Shown here piece by piece: positions 48,380-61,149 of a stretch of 64,000 nt of DNA. The notes beneath the pieces were generated by a model. It worked only from the letters and a program-made list of their open reading frames with translations. It was not told the DNA's origin and did not search any database. The translations under genes and the position numbers were made by a program. Position 1 is the first letter of the stretch. Every line of letters begins with the position of its first letter. This stretch comes from Octopus sinensis (lineage: Eukaryota), in contig NC_043012.1 of assembly GCF_006345805.1 (NCBI RefSeq), positions 40,548,001 to 40,612,000 on the forward strand, in the 5' to 3' direction.

Positions 48380-48597
48380 TTTCAGGGGGGGGGTTGGTAC
48401 AAGGTCAGCAATTTCAGAGGGAGGGACTAAATCAATTACATCGACCCCAGTGTTCAACTGGAGCTTATTTTATTGTCCCAGAAAGAATGAAGGGCAAAGT
48501 CGACCTCAATGGAATTTGAACCCTGTACGTGAAGACGGACGAAATGCCGGAAAGATGTTTGCCCGACGGGTTAACCATCCTGCCAGCCCACGTCCTT
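48380..48597 (-). mobile_element. SINE family B, tail type 2
   Basis: TTACATCGACCCCAGTGTTCAACTGG...GGCAAAGTCGACCTC...CTGCCAGC. Confidence 0.88.
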
Positions 48598-48614
48598 AAA
48601 CGAACCTAACATAG

Positions 48615-48774
48615 GCGCAGCATGGCTGTGTGGTAAGAAGCTTGCTTCCCAACCACATAGTTCCTTGTTCAGTCCCACTGCAAGGAACCTTGGGCAGGTG
48701 TCTTCTACTATAGTCTCGGATCGACCAAAGACTTGTGAGTGGATTTGGTAGACGGAAACTGAAAGAAGTCCGTC

Positions 48775-48814
<40 letters not shown>

Positions 48815-49020
48815 GTGTGTGTGTGTGTGTCTGAGTTTGTACTTCAACAATGACTTGACAACCGACGTTGGTGTGTTTACGTCCCCGTAACGTAGCGGTT
48901 CGACAAAAAAATCCGATAGAATAGGTACTATGCTTACAAAGAATAAGTCCTGGGGTCGCTCTGTTCGACTAAAGGCGGTGCTCCAGCATGGTTGCAGTCA
49001 AATGACTGAAACAAGTAAAT
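48615..49020 (+). mobile_element. SINE family A, full length
   Basis: GGCTGTGTGGTAAGAAGCTTGCTTCCCAACCAC...GACTGAAACAAGTAAATGAA. Confidence 0.92.
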
Positions 49021-49091
49021 GAAATGAATAAATGAATTATGAATATGCGTGATGTAATGTAATATATATGTGAATGTATGTGCTTGTGTTG

Positions 49092-49452
49092 AGGCGCAAT
49101 GGCCCAGTGGTTAGGGCAGCGGACTTGCGGTTGTAGGATCGCGTTTTCAATTACCAGACCGGGCGTTATGGGTGTTTATTAAGCGAAGACACCTAAAGCT
49201 CCACGAGGCTCCGGCAGGTGACGGGGTGGCGAACCCTGCTGCACTCTTTCACCACAACTTTCTTCCTCACTCTTTCTTCCTGTTTCTGTTGTACCTGTAT
49301 TTCAAAGACGCCAGCCTTGTCAGTCTCTGTGTCACGCTGAATCTTCCCGAGAACAACGTTAAGGGAACACGTGCCTATGGAGTACTCAGCCACATGTACG
49401 TTAATTTCACGAGCAAGCTGTTCCGTTGATCGGATCAGCTTTGACCCTCGTC
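49092..49452 (+). mobile_element. SINE with C head/body and tail X
   Basis: AGGCGCAATGGCCCAGTGGTTAGGGCAGCGGAC head, AAGACACCTAAAGCTCCACGAGG body, GCTGTTCCGTTGATCGGATCAG tail. Confidence 0.92.
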
Positions 49453-49599
49453 AGAATTCCACGTTGGGCTTCTCTTTCTTCTCTCGCTTCTTCACGCCGT
49501 TTACGTATCGTATAAACTGTTTATCTTAAATCAGCAACGATTTACAATATGGAGTCGAATACCGTTTGAATAACCTCGTTCTTCCTCTTCGTTTTCACA

Positions 49600-49695
49600 T
49601 CTTAATCTCTCTTCAATTCGCTATCTCCAACTATTTCTCTCTCTACAATTCTGTCTCTCTGTCTCCGGCTCTCTCTTCCCTCTCTCTTTCTTCAG

Positions 49696-49735
<40 letters not shown>

Positions 49736-49855
49736 CTGTCTCCAGCTCTCTGTCTCTGTCTCTCCAACTCTCTCTCTCTATCTCTCTCTCTTTAGCTCTC
49801 TCTATCTATTTATCTATCTCCAGCTTCTTCTCTCTCTCTTTAGCTCTCCCTATCT

Positions 49856-49911
<56 letters not shown>

Positions 49912-49960
49912 CTATCTCCATCTTCCTCTCTCTGTCTCCAGCTCTCTCCCTCTCATGCTA
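49600..49960. repeat. (CT)n-rich polypyrimidine tract punctuated by CCAGCT/TTAGCT
   Basis: Direct reading. Confidence 0.9.
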
Positions 49961-50434
49961 TTTTTTATTCTTTCTTCTCTTGTGCGTCAAACCCGTACTA
50001 CAGAATCTGTCGACGCATATAACAGCCTATAACAAGCAAACGTAGACCCTGCCTCGATCCGCACTCTCTTCCCACTTCTCATCTCAATACACGACCCATT
50101 CGCAGACAATAACACGAATGATCTGCATTCATTTCAATTCTGTATTAGGATTTCATTATTTTACAGTTTAACCATGGTACTCCAGCATGACCGCAGCTGC
50201 ATAGCTGAAACGGATGAAATTATATATATATGTATGAGTGTGTGTGCGTGTGTGTTGTTGTTGCTGCTTAACCCTAAGTGAACCATGACAAAGGCGTTCC
50301 AGCCATGACCAACCATTCCATCTTAATTTCAGACAATATATACAAGATCACATTACCTATTATTGTTCTTCCTTATTTTTAGCTATAGTGGTCTGTGGGG
50401 CATTTAACTGTTACCTCTAGCACTAATATATATT

Positions 50435-50467
<33 letters not shown>

Positions 50468-50529
50468 TAATAGTTATCGCCATACTAATATGGCAGTCTT
50501 ATAAATATATATATATATATATATATATA

Positions 50530-51825
50530 GACTAGCAGTATCGCCCGGCGTTGCTCGGGTTTGTAAGGGAAATAACTATATAAGCATTTTTAGAGAGTTA
50601 TAGCCAAAAAATAGGGAAAAAATGCATTAAAAATGGAAAAAAAATTAAGGTAAATTTCTTTTTAAATCGTTGACACATCGTAGATATTTTTAGAGAGTTA
50701 CTTCCCTTATATAATAGCGAAAAAATGCATTAAAATGGAAAAATATGATGGTAAATCTTTTTAAATCGTAGACTCATCGTAGACGCGCGCTAATACCCAG
50801 AAGGGCTCGATATGACTCACGACTATAAGATACCCGGTTTGGTTTTTCTTAACCCTTTCGTTACTATATTTCTGACCAAAATACACCCCTTATGTGTTTC
50901 AATTATTTTCTAACGTAATCATAAATTTAGTCTGGTTTCATTAAACAACAATAACTTTTTTATTTATCAATATATTAATGTGATTTTTGGAAGATAATTT
51001 AATGAAATGTCCTCAACCAATTCTATACTATAATTTTTGTCACAAAGTGACTCTAATTGCAGGTAGATACAGGTAAATTCAACAATATATAAAATTATTA
51101 AAATTTTGTTCAAACATCGCTATAGAAAATGGGTTATTAGCTAATATTCAATTGGGTATACAACAAAATTTTACGATATAATTTGTTATTCTGGGTAACT
51201 TTCTGATACCCATAATAATATTTATGGCAAAATAGGCCTTAATTTCATTTAAGGTTGTGGGAAATAACAAACTATCCTTTCTTTCGTTTTGTTTACGTTT
51301 AGCATAACAGTTCGTTTCTGCCGTAATGATTTCAAATAGGCTCATTCGAAAAAGTAAATAGAAATAGTTTAAGGCTTTACTCTTCTGGGAAAGTCTGTGG
51401 CTTGGTCCAGTTTCTTCAGAAAAATCACCGAAAGAAACAGTTTTTAAATTTTCACTCCATTCAGGTACCAATTCGTTTTCTTTATCGCTGTCGGATTCAC
51501 TGTTTTCACTTTAATAGCTGCAAACTTGCAAAGACAAAGGAGGAGAAGGGTGATAGCGTCAGTGAAACAGTTCGTTCCCTTTGTGTGTGTGTGCGTTTGC
51601 GTGTGGTGTAAACCACATTAAGAAGAGCATTTGACATACACACCAGAATGTGAGTTTTCTGTAAATTTTGCTTAATTGGAGTTTAAATTTTAAAAACTGG
51701 ACCTGGCATGACCCGATGCATTCTACTCTTAAAAATGCTAGGTAAATTGTAATTGAAGAAATCCTATATTGTAGATTTCTATAACTTACAAAGGGAGGCA
51801 GATAAAATCTGCCTTTTATAATAAG

Positions 51826-51828
<3 letters not shown>
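50530..51828 (-). mobile_element. Non-autonomous Helitron
   Basis: Minus strand: A|TCTCTTATTATAAAAGGCAGATTTTATCTGCC ... CCCGAGCAACGCCGGG hairpin, CGATACTG-CTAG|T. This gives 5' TC, a 3' hairpin plus CTAG, and an A/T target. Contains a ~100-bp internal duplication at 50580-50780. Confidence 0.85.
50853..51500 (-). mobile_element. piggyBac end plus transposase N-terminal fragment inside the Helitron
   Basis: TTAA|CCCTTTCGTTAC at 50849-50864. ORF 51148-51471 (WSENL..FSEETGPSH..LNYFYLLF..FEIITAETNCYA..TTLNEIKAYFAINIIMGIRKLPRI) is PGBD/piggyBac-like. Confidence 0.85.
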
Positions 51829-51873
<45 letters not shown>

Positions 51874-51874
51874 C

Positions 51875-51965
<91 letters not shown>
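51829..51965. repeat. (GATA)n
   Basis: Direct reading; abuts the Helitron 5' end. Confidence 0.97.
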
Positions 51966-51967
<2 letters not shown>

Positions 51968-52407
51968 CTCCAAGAAAGTTAGTGGTTGTGAATCCAACCA
52001 ACCAAGGGATAGTATCTATCCAATATACTGCTGGTAGAAAGAATACCCAATTATTAATATACAAGTGTTTTTTTTATTGCATTGCAATTACATTACCGAG
52101 TGTAATAAATGGGTGAGGGTAAAGAGTTATTTTACCATTAATTTATAGAGCAATAAGAAAATGGAGGGGATCAATAGGTGGTTCGTTAACTTTTAGACAT
52201 TATATTATATCGACTTATTTATTTATTTGCTAAAATGACAATTATAACAATATACATATATGTATAACATATCATGCTTTACATATAAAAATATATATAT
52301 ATAATATATTCTTGTAACTGTCATTTTAGTAAATAAATAAATAAAATGACATAATATAATGCCTAAAAGTTGATGAACTACCTATTGATCCCCTCCATTT
52401 TCTTATT

Positions 52408-52482
<75 letters not shown>

Positions 52483-52780
52483 AGGCGCAATGGCCGAGTG
52501 GTTAGGGCAGCGGACTCGCGGTCGTAGGACCGCGGTTTCGATTCCCAGACCGGGCGTTGTGAGTATTTATTGAGCGAAAACACCTAAAGCTCCACGAGGT
52601 TCCGGCAAGGGTAGGTGACGATCCCTGCTGTACTCTTTCGCCACAACTTTCTCTCATTACTTCTTCTGTCGGCCTGCTCGCTTAGCCAGCGGGGTGGCGT
52701 CATTTGAAGGCTAAAGCAATGCGAAGCGCATTGTGACCAGCGTTGTGTAGCAACATCTGATAGCCTGGTCGGTCACGGTG
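52483..52780 (+). mobile_element. SINE with C head/body and tail Y
   Basis: Same head and body as 49092, but tail GCCTGCTCGCTTAGCCAGCGGGGTGGCG...GATAGCCTGGTCGGTCACGGTGA. Confidence 0.92.
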
Positions 52781-52803
52781 ATATATATATATATTATATA
52801 TAT

Positions 52804-52850
<47 letters not shown>

Positions 52851-53725
52851 AAGTGATGGTTTGCTGCCAACTTAGTGTGGCAGTCCCAAGAAATGGGACT
52901 GCTATTTAGCCCCAGAAAACACCGTTTCCAGTTGGCTATGTGACACAAGCGTTCTGTGTCCTTAAGTTTTCAAACAGGGAAGATAAGCGCCTCTACCCAG
53001 CAAACCCAGCATGCAGAGGTTAGTTCTGAAGGACAATAGAATTCAGTCTGAACGGCTAAATACCAGTAGCAACCTTCCATTTCCTGGGACTTCCACATTA
53101 AGTTGGCAACAAACCATCACTATATCGTGCTGCAACTGCATAAGTCTCTCTGAGAGATTTAGAAATGCAATATTTCTACCCAGCATGGCCACAGCTCATT
53201 AGCTGAAACTGGAAAAATCAAAATCAAAATCAAATAATTACCGAAAATAATTTCCCTGTTTATTTCTACGTATAAATCTTTTGTTTCTCTCTCATTCCTT
53301 ATTTTATCTCTTTTACCTATATTTGTACCCTCAGCTCAACACATTGGCTACCAAAATAAAGCAGACGGAAACTGAATGGAAGCATGTTGGTCGTCTGCAT
53401 CTTGCACCTGTCATGAATGCTACGCATAATACGTGACCCTGTTTAACACCACCAACGAGTCCTTGGGTACCTTTTAGTTCAGTCGCGGTTTATCGCCACT
53501 AATTGGTACCGTTGGGATACCTTTATGGATTCCGCTACTGAGCTAGACTCAGTCTCACCTGAACATTGGCTGTATTTAGAACACTTGACTCTGACTCTGA
53601 AGACAGACTGTGAGTCACGGTTTCCTAACTTTCTACTTAGTTTCAATTATTAGAATCCGACCAAAGTGGAATCACTGCCTTCAAGGGATCAATATGATCG
53701 ACCTTATTAGTGATTCCTCTATTGA

Positions 53726-53769
<44 letters not shown>

Positions 53770-53771
<2 letters not shown>

Positions 53772-54070
53772 TGGACTCTCCCATCATTAGACGACGCTTG
53801 AGGGTTCGGTAATTTCTTACCGAATAACCACCACACGCAGATGATCTGTTTCTAGTGATCAAATGTTTGTGCAGACATAAGCTCACTCCCTCCATCAGAT
53901 CGACATTACCTGTACAGGTGCAAATGGGTGTCACATGTCAGATGACGAAACGATCGCAGAGCAACCTGAAATTAAGTGCTTTGCTCAAGAACACAATGCA
54001 ACACCCGGCCTGGGAATCGAACCCACGATCTCGCTATCGTGAGTACAACACCCTAACCACAAAGCCATGC
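53770..54070 (-). mobile_element. SINE with D body and tail W
   Basis: GAAATTAAGTGCTTTGCTCAAGAACACAA...GGGAATCGAACCCACGATC...AACCACAAAGCCATGCG; tail unrelated to X, Y or Z. Confidence 0.8.
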
Positions 54071-54096
54071 GCACACACGCACACACACACACACAC

Positions 54097-54145
<49 letters not shown>

Positions 54146-54334
54146 CTTCGCTTCTTTTTCATTACACCGATATTAACCACACTTCGAAAAAGAACTTTTT
54201 ACTGACAAGCACCAGGAGTAATAAATTATCGAATTCTCTAAAATGCATGAATTCCTCTGACATTAAAAATGCATTTATAAAACCCTGCTTTCAGTAACTT
54301 CGTAATTTGAAGTCTGAAATAATTAATGTTTCAA

Positions 54335-54863
54335 AAGCGGCGAATGAGCAGAATCGTTTGAGCGTCAGACAAAATGCCAAACTGCTGCATTCCCCCCGGC
54401 TTTACGTTCCGAGTTCAAATACGCTCGATGTCGTTTTTAGCTTTTCATCCTTTTGGGGTTTATAAAACAAGCACCAGTTGAGCATTTGGGGCCGATTTAA
54501 TCGACTTCGTCCTCTTTTCAAAATAGTTGACTTTGTTCTAAAATTAGAAAGCGTTATATTTAACGCTTCCATTGTTGTCCATTTTCAACCCTCTACCTTC
54601 GCAATTTTTGTAAAAATTCGCGGTATTTTATTGCTTTAATTAGATGAGACAATGTCGACACTTCTGGTGCTGTAGGTTCGTCCGTCGCTACGTTCTAAGT
54701 TCAAATTCCGCCGAGGTCAACTTTACCTTTCATCCTTTTGGGGTCGATAAATTAAGTACCAGATGAGTACTGGGGTTGATGTAATCGACTGTCCCCAGCC
54801 CTAAATTTCAGGCCTTGTGCCTATAAAAGAAAAGGATTATTATTATTATTATTATTATTATTA

Positions 54864-54898
<35 letters not shown>

Positions 54899-55404
54899 TA
54901 AGGCGGAGAGCTGGCAGAATCGTTAGCGTGCTGGGCAAAATGCTTAGCGGTATTTCGCCTGTCTTTACGTTCTGAGTTCACATTCCGCCGTGGTGGACTT
55001 TGCCTTTCATCCTTCTGAGGTTGATAAATTAAGTACCAGTTGCGTACTGGGATCGATATAATCAATTTAATCCCTTCCCCTAAATTTGAGGCCGTGTTAT
55101 TTTCTTATTCAGTAGTCTTATTTTTATCACACGTTTTCACTGCACTACGGAGCGCAAATGTGTCTTGGGTATTTGCTGTGGTTTGCCGTGATGCTCTTAT
55201 GGTTACTGTATTGAAAGTGTTTTACGTAGGATATGTGCAGTGCCTAGTAGTGCAATTTTCTGTATGTTATATATATTCAAAAGTCCTGGTGTTTTAGTTA
55301 TGTATTTGTCTGAATATTTTTTTTATCAATCCTAATGCGCCTACTACGATAGGAATTGTTTCTGTTTTTAGACTCCACATTCGTGTTACCTCTATTTCCA
55401 GATC

Positions 55405-55451
<47 letters not shown>

Positions 55452-56365
55452 CATTATTATTATTATTATTATTTATGTATTTCTTTATTGCTCACGGGGT
55501 GGGGTGGGGGCTAAACATAGAGGTGACAAACAAGAACATACTAAAGGAATAAGTCGATAACATCGTCCCCACTGCGTAACTGGTACTTAATTTATCAAAC
55601 CAAAACAATGAAAGGCAAAGTCGACCTCGGCGGAATTTGAACTCAGAACGTAACGGCAGACGAAATACGGCTAACGTTTCTGCCAGCTCACTACCTTCAT
55701 CATCATTATTGTTATCATTATTTAAAGCATCGAGCTGGCAGAATCGTAAAGCACGCCGGGCGAAATGCTTTGTGGTATTTCGTCCGCCGCTGCGTTCTGA
55801 GTTCAAATTCCGCCGAGGTCGACTTTGCCTTTCATCCTTTCGGGGTCGATAAAGTAAGTACCAGTTGAACACTAGAGGTCGATATAATCAACTCATCCCC
55901 ACCTCTCTCCCAAGCTGCCATTGTGGCAAAAATTTGAAATCTTTATTATTTTTATTACTCTTATAGAAAAAGGCAGCAAGCTGGCAGTATCGGTTCCACG
56001 CAGGACAAAATGTTAAGGAGCTTTTTTTCCTGTTTCACGTTCTAAGTTCAAATTTCACTGAAGTCGACTTTGCCTTTCAGCCTTTCAGGGTCAGTAAAAT
56101 AAGTACCAGCGTGAGCACTGCACGTCAATGTAATCGACTCCCCGCCCCTCAATTTTCCAGCCTTTGCCTGTAGTAGAATCATTTGTTTCTGAAAAAAGAA
56201 AAATGGTCAGTGGCATTCGCTCCGGTTCTGAGTCCAAATTCTACCGAGGTCGACTTTATTCATCATCCTTTTGGAATTGGTAAAATAAGTACCAGTAGAA
56301 TACTGGGGCTGATGCAGTCGACCTGTCATCCTCTCCACTCAAAATCGCTGCGCTTGTTTTAAAAT
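54335..56365. mobile_element. Cluster of about seven SINE-B copies (six plus, one minus at ~55490-55695) separated by (ATT)n
   Basis: Repeated GTTC(C/T)GAGTTCAAATT..GTCGACTTTGCCTTTCATCC motifs; long (ATT)n at 54836-54899 and 55405-55472. Confidence 0.9.
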
Positions 56366-56569
56366 TAAAATAAATTATTATTATTCGTCTTGAGATAGAA
56401 GCAAAAGAGAATCGGTGTATAAGAAAGAAACAAAGCTTTATTCCTTAACTAAGAGAAAGATGTCGACACATCATGGAAACATTTTTAGTGAGCGAGAGAA
56501 GGAAAGATTAACAGGAGACACGCAGACAAACAGAAAACATTGTTCACTATTTCTGTAAGCAAAGTTCAT

Positions 56570-57000
56570 TTTAATCATCATCTGAGAAGACTTGACCAGG
56601 GACACATAGTTGAAGCCCTTTATGCTTTCTCACAACTTCGTGCTGAATTCTATATTTTTGGGCACCACCTTGAACAAATGACGAATTTCTAAAAGGAACT
56701 GTTTCACAGAAATAATTTTCATGAAATACGTAACGGCATATTGGATCGATCTTGAGGTAGCCAATAGCTAATTTTCCCAAATTTCTCTTCAACAGACGCC
56801 AAAAGCATAATATATAATTTTTATTGGGCATCTGATTGCGTTGCAAGCCTCCATCGTATACTGAGCACATGTTGAACCAAGATCGACGTTTGTTCGACCG
56901 ATATTGAAGAAGAGAAGAATTTGACCCGCCTTGTTTCCGGATTTCTCGCCGTCGCAGGCAACAAACACAGTTGGTTGACTGTTGTTTTACGTAAACAGGC
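56570..57000 (-). mobile_element. Decayed mariner transposase fragment
   Basis: Minus strand KFVICSRWCPK resembles the mariner CARWVP motif; the rest is heavily disrupted. Confidence 0.4.
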
Positions 57001-57649
57001 AAACACTGAGAAAAACGTAACAGGATGTTTCAAAAGAAATGAACAAACAAAACAAACAAAAAACGATTTGGGTATTCTCCCTTAAATGAATATGATGGAA
57101 CAAAAACAATCTCATGACGTAATGACTACGTCATCATCATTAACATTAATTTACTGGATTATTATCAGAAAAGGACATTTTTTATTTTACTGTGTGAATG
57201 AGAGAGAGAGAGAGAGGGGGGAGGGAAAGTGAGAGAGAGAAAGTGAGAGAGAGAGAAAGAAAGAGAAAGGAGAGTGGAGATGGTTGAGGATTCATAACCG
57301 TTTGCCTGTGTCACGTGGTTGTGTTTCTTTGTTGGCAGCGAGCAAAATGATAAGCAACACTCACGAATAATTAACAGAAGTTTTATTTTCTGCACAGTGT
57401 ATTCGGTGTTGATTTTGGGATGGAGAATAAAAAAGAAAAGAAACAATTTATACAGAGAGAGAGAGCGAGAGAGAGAGAAACTGTGGGGCCTACGACACAA
57501 CAGCTGGTTCGTATCGATCTGTGACAGGCCGTCACAGCTGGGGAAGCATCGTGCTAAATCCGTGATGGCAAATATCTCTCCCTCCAATCTGCGCGTCTGG
57601 AGAATGAAAAACAAAATGGAAAAAAACTGAGAATGGAATTGTTAAAACA

Positions 57650-58280
57650 ACTGACTCGATATCCTGAAATTACTGCCCGAAAAAATCCCCCTTTTATAAG
57701 AATCATCAAGAGGTTCTGGAAAGTCGAATCACGTGCTTAACGTGATCCGATGGTTGCTTAACAAGGATTGGTCAGGAAATCGGCCGATCTCGTAAAATGA
57801 TCGTGACCTCAGCATGTCATCCGCACGGCTGCCAGTTAACCGGTTTAGAACTTGGTCCACCTATCCAAAGTTTCTCTTCAACGTCCAGGCTTCTTTTCTG
57901 GTTTATGCTGAATCCTTGTTTCATCCGTTCTCACTAGCAAAAGGAAAGCAAGTTTTCTTTTCATTCGGCTCGAATTATTCTGGTGGATGAAAACTAATTG
58001 GGAATATGTATGAAATATGCTGCAAAGGCGTCCGGGAAATAGATATGTCCGGTGTATCACATGTGATACGCATGTTGGGTTAATCGGGATTATTCTCTCT
58101 TTTTCTAGAAACAAAAAGAACTAAATTTTTAAGTTTAAGGACCTGACGGGTGTTAGAAAAGTTTGATGGAGAAATGAACGACCGTTATTTTTTTTCCATC
58201 AATGTGACGCAAATGAATCCAAAGGCACAGTCTGTGATAATACAACTTGTTTCAACATAGAAATGTAGAATTTGACAGTG
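57650..58280 (-). mobile_element. Decayed mariner 5' region and transposase N-terminus
   Basis: Minus strand ATGGAAAAAA start at ~58200 and EVTIILRDRPI (like HDIILEDRR); weak overall. Confidence 0.4.
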
Positions 58281-58561
58281 AATTGGCTGCCGTTTTCAGC
58301 AAGTCGGGTGGAGAAAGGACTACAGCCATGAATATTTGAATACTTGAAACAATGGACCCCGATAGTGGCAGCCAAGAAGCCCGTGGGGGTTGGGCGTGGG
58401 ATGAAACTGGGCTGATATAGATCGAACTCATCGTCATCACTAGACTGCTGCTGCTTTCGAAGGATTCGGATTTACTTACCTTCACAAACCACATACCCTC
58501 GTGCTCACCGAGCCAACCAATTCACAATCCGTGTTTTTAAAGCAACACAAAGAGATTACCA

Positions 58562-58728
58562 ACATACATACATACATACATACATACATACATACATACA
58601 TACATACATACACGCACATACATACATACATACATACATACACGCACATACATACATACATACACATACATACATACATACATACATACATACACGCACA
58701 TACATACATACATACATACATACATACA

Positions 58729-58759
<31 letters not shown>
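58562..58759. repeat. (TACA)n
   Basis: Direct reading. Confidence 0.97.
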
Positions 58760-58760
<1 letters not shown>

Positions 58761-59500
58761 GTTGAAATTTACAGAAAAACAAAAGACGAAGACAGGTGTA
58801 TGATCAACAAGCAGGTGTATTAGTTTGACGCTCGGGAAAGTGAAAAAGTCTTTTACGTTTCGAGCCTACGCTCTTCAACAGAAAAGAAAAAGAGAAAATA
58901 AACAGAGAGAACAAAAAAAAACTGTGGATTTAGCGATCAAGTATGGGGATTGGTTGGGAAAAAAAAAAGATTTGACAAGAGAGGTAGAAAGAAGGGGAGA
59001 TATGAAACAAACCGTTTCCTGGAATCGAAACCTTAGCCTAGATTTTTTTGTACGAGATCCTTTGCACTGTTCTCGGCATTACCACTCAGAAATTTGTGAG
59101 GGTCAATCTTCAAACTTAGATAAGCTCTTTTGTTTAAATCAACATTCTTTGGTTAAATACTGGTTAGCATAGACAAGCTAATCTACTTCACATGGTTCTC
59201 CGACCTACATACCGTTTTCCAACTTAAATGAATGCGAACCCTCTCGGAATATTAGGGGTCAGTCGTTATCACTTTCAGACACTGCACGTTTGTTTTTTCT
59301 ATTTCTAGCCAACAACCTCTTCGTGACAACCACCAACAGACGCAGTTGTTACTGAAGATGCGCGAACTTTGTCTTTGTTGTTTCCCCCTTACAACTTGCG
59401 AAACAACCGATTCCTACAGGTTTTTGCATAATGGCCCTCAAGTCGAATTCACAGGAAAATATAAACTGCAGGTAATGACTTTCTTTTTTTTGTTGCATTT
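58760..59500 (-). mobile_element. Penelope-like 3' end (terminal repeat plus decayed endonuclease region)
   Basis: 58760-58900 is the reverse complement of the 18780-18925 repeat family. YVG-like (59200) and GCF..C-like (59390) remnants upstream are weak. Confidence 0.65.
58849..58887 (-). ncRNA. Minimal hammerhead-like motif
   Basis: Minus strand TCTTTT / CTGTTGAA / GAGC-GTAG-GCTC / GAAA / CGTA / AAAGA. GUA triplet; core A6>U plus an extra A. Confidence 0.6.
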
Positions 59501-59560
59501 GAGGTGCATCGTTTGTTGTCTCACGAGTTAAAGTAATCTAACAGTAACAAAACCAATTAC

Positions 59561-59591
<31 letters not shown>

Positions 59592-60903
59592 TTTCTGAAA
59601 CTTCGAGAAATGAAATAATTCGTTTGGTAACGGTGGAACTTGAAGTAGATAAAGCTATAAATAATCCCGTGTAAATATCGGATGTAAAAAGCCATTTGGA
59701 TGGCTACCTGTGGGACTCGAACTCAGATCTTCTGTAAACATACATACATAAACTATGCGGAAGTCATCCGACAGACTTCCGTAGAAGTTTCGCTTATTTC
59801 AGTCACGAGTTCTAGGCCCACGAGACACCCGAGATGCCAAGCACTCGGAACGAACTTGAGACACCTTGATAGCATTGGGCTGGGGGGGGGAACATATCAC
59901 AAATGAGAAACATAAGCTGTCTCATAACATTTTCTCCACATGTTGTTCATTAATTCTACAGAAATTATCTTAATGAGATTTAAAATATTGCAGCTAAGTC
60001 TTTGATTAGATTAGGTGCAGTGAACTCGGATTACTGATTAAAGTAACAGCGTCTTATCTGGTTTTGATTAAATGATAAGAAGTTTGGATGAAAAAATTAA
60101 TTAGAAGATAACGAACCGAATATTTACTAAGACTAACGGAATATTGGACTAAAGGAATGGATGAAGCTGTATGGTTTAATATAATTTCTAGAACAGGTTC
60201 AAATTTGTGTATTTGTGACGGGGGTCAAATATATGAGGAGGCGCTGAAATGTTGTTGACTTTGGGGTAATAGAAAATACAGGAAGATCAGTTATAAATTT
60301 TATTCGACATCTTCCCCTCTCAATTTATTTAAAATTAATATAAAATATAGTCATCTATAGGAATCACCTATCGAAAAAACATAGTAAAAATGAATATATA
60401 TATATATATATGCCAGGAACTTTTCACCACCCACCTCGTAATCAACCTACGTATAATACTGGTACTAGTACAGGGTGAAAGATAGAAATGACAAACTGCA
60501 CGTAGCGATGGAGAAAAATCCCCAGTCCTGAAGAAATAAGTATTGCACTTGTATTGAGTACATTTTCTCTCTTGTGGAGGTTTAAGTGTTGAACTCGGGA
60601 TCGTTAAGTCTTGGTTTCGTGTTTTAGATTGCGCAGTACGTGGCAATTCGTTTCCCGTTTCTCCAGTCTACTCGGCTGCAATTGAGTGTCAACTGTAGTA
60701 GTGAGTTAACGTCGTGATGGAGAGGCGCCCCGTCCAGGATGTGGAGAGTCCTGTATTGTCAGACGCTTCGGAAACTGTTATAAGCTCTGGCCTAAAGGAG
60801 CATCTAGATTCGAAACCAATTATATATATGATCTTACCTACCTGTTTTTTCCTTGCTCTCTTCTTTTCTATCTTCTGTTCCTCTCTTCCTTGTTTTTCCC
60901 TCT

Positions 60904-60940
60904 AGTATCTGACAAAGGACTGCGTCCGAAACGTTATAAT
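60904..60940 (+). ncRNA. Minimal hammerhead-like motif
   Basis: AGTAT / CTGACAAA / GGAC-TGC-GTCC / GAAA / CGTT / ATAAT, preceded by a pyrimidine tract as in PLE 3' ends. Core G8>A. Confidence 0.55.
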
Positions 60941-61149
60941 TTTACTCCATAATTATAAACCTAATTAAATTAGACTTTTTGTTGTTTTTTGCTATAATAT
61001 GTGTGCATGTTTGTGTCCCCTTTCATTATTCCATGCCAGGATCGGTTTCGCCGACCTCACAGCGCCTCACTCCTCCTTTGTCATCTGTCACATACGACAA
61101 CAGAAAACTAACGATGTTGCATGACACACACATTATACCGGGTATATTT

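Noticed and set aside
58143-60441. Mariner-like TIR pair enclosing 2.3 kb
   Set aside because: Matches are short and degenerate, and the 58143 site lies inside the putative transposase relic.
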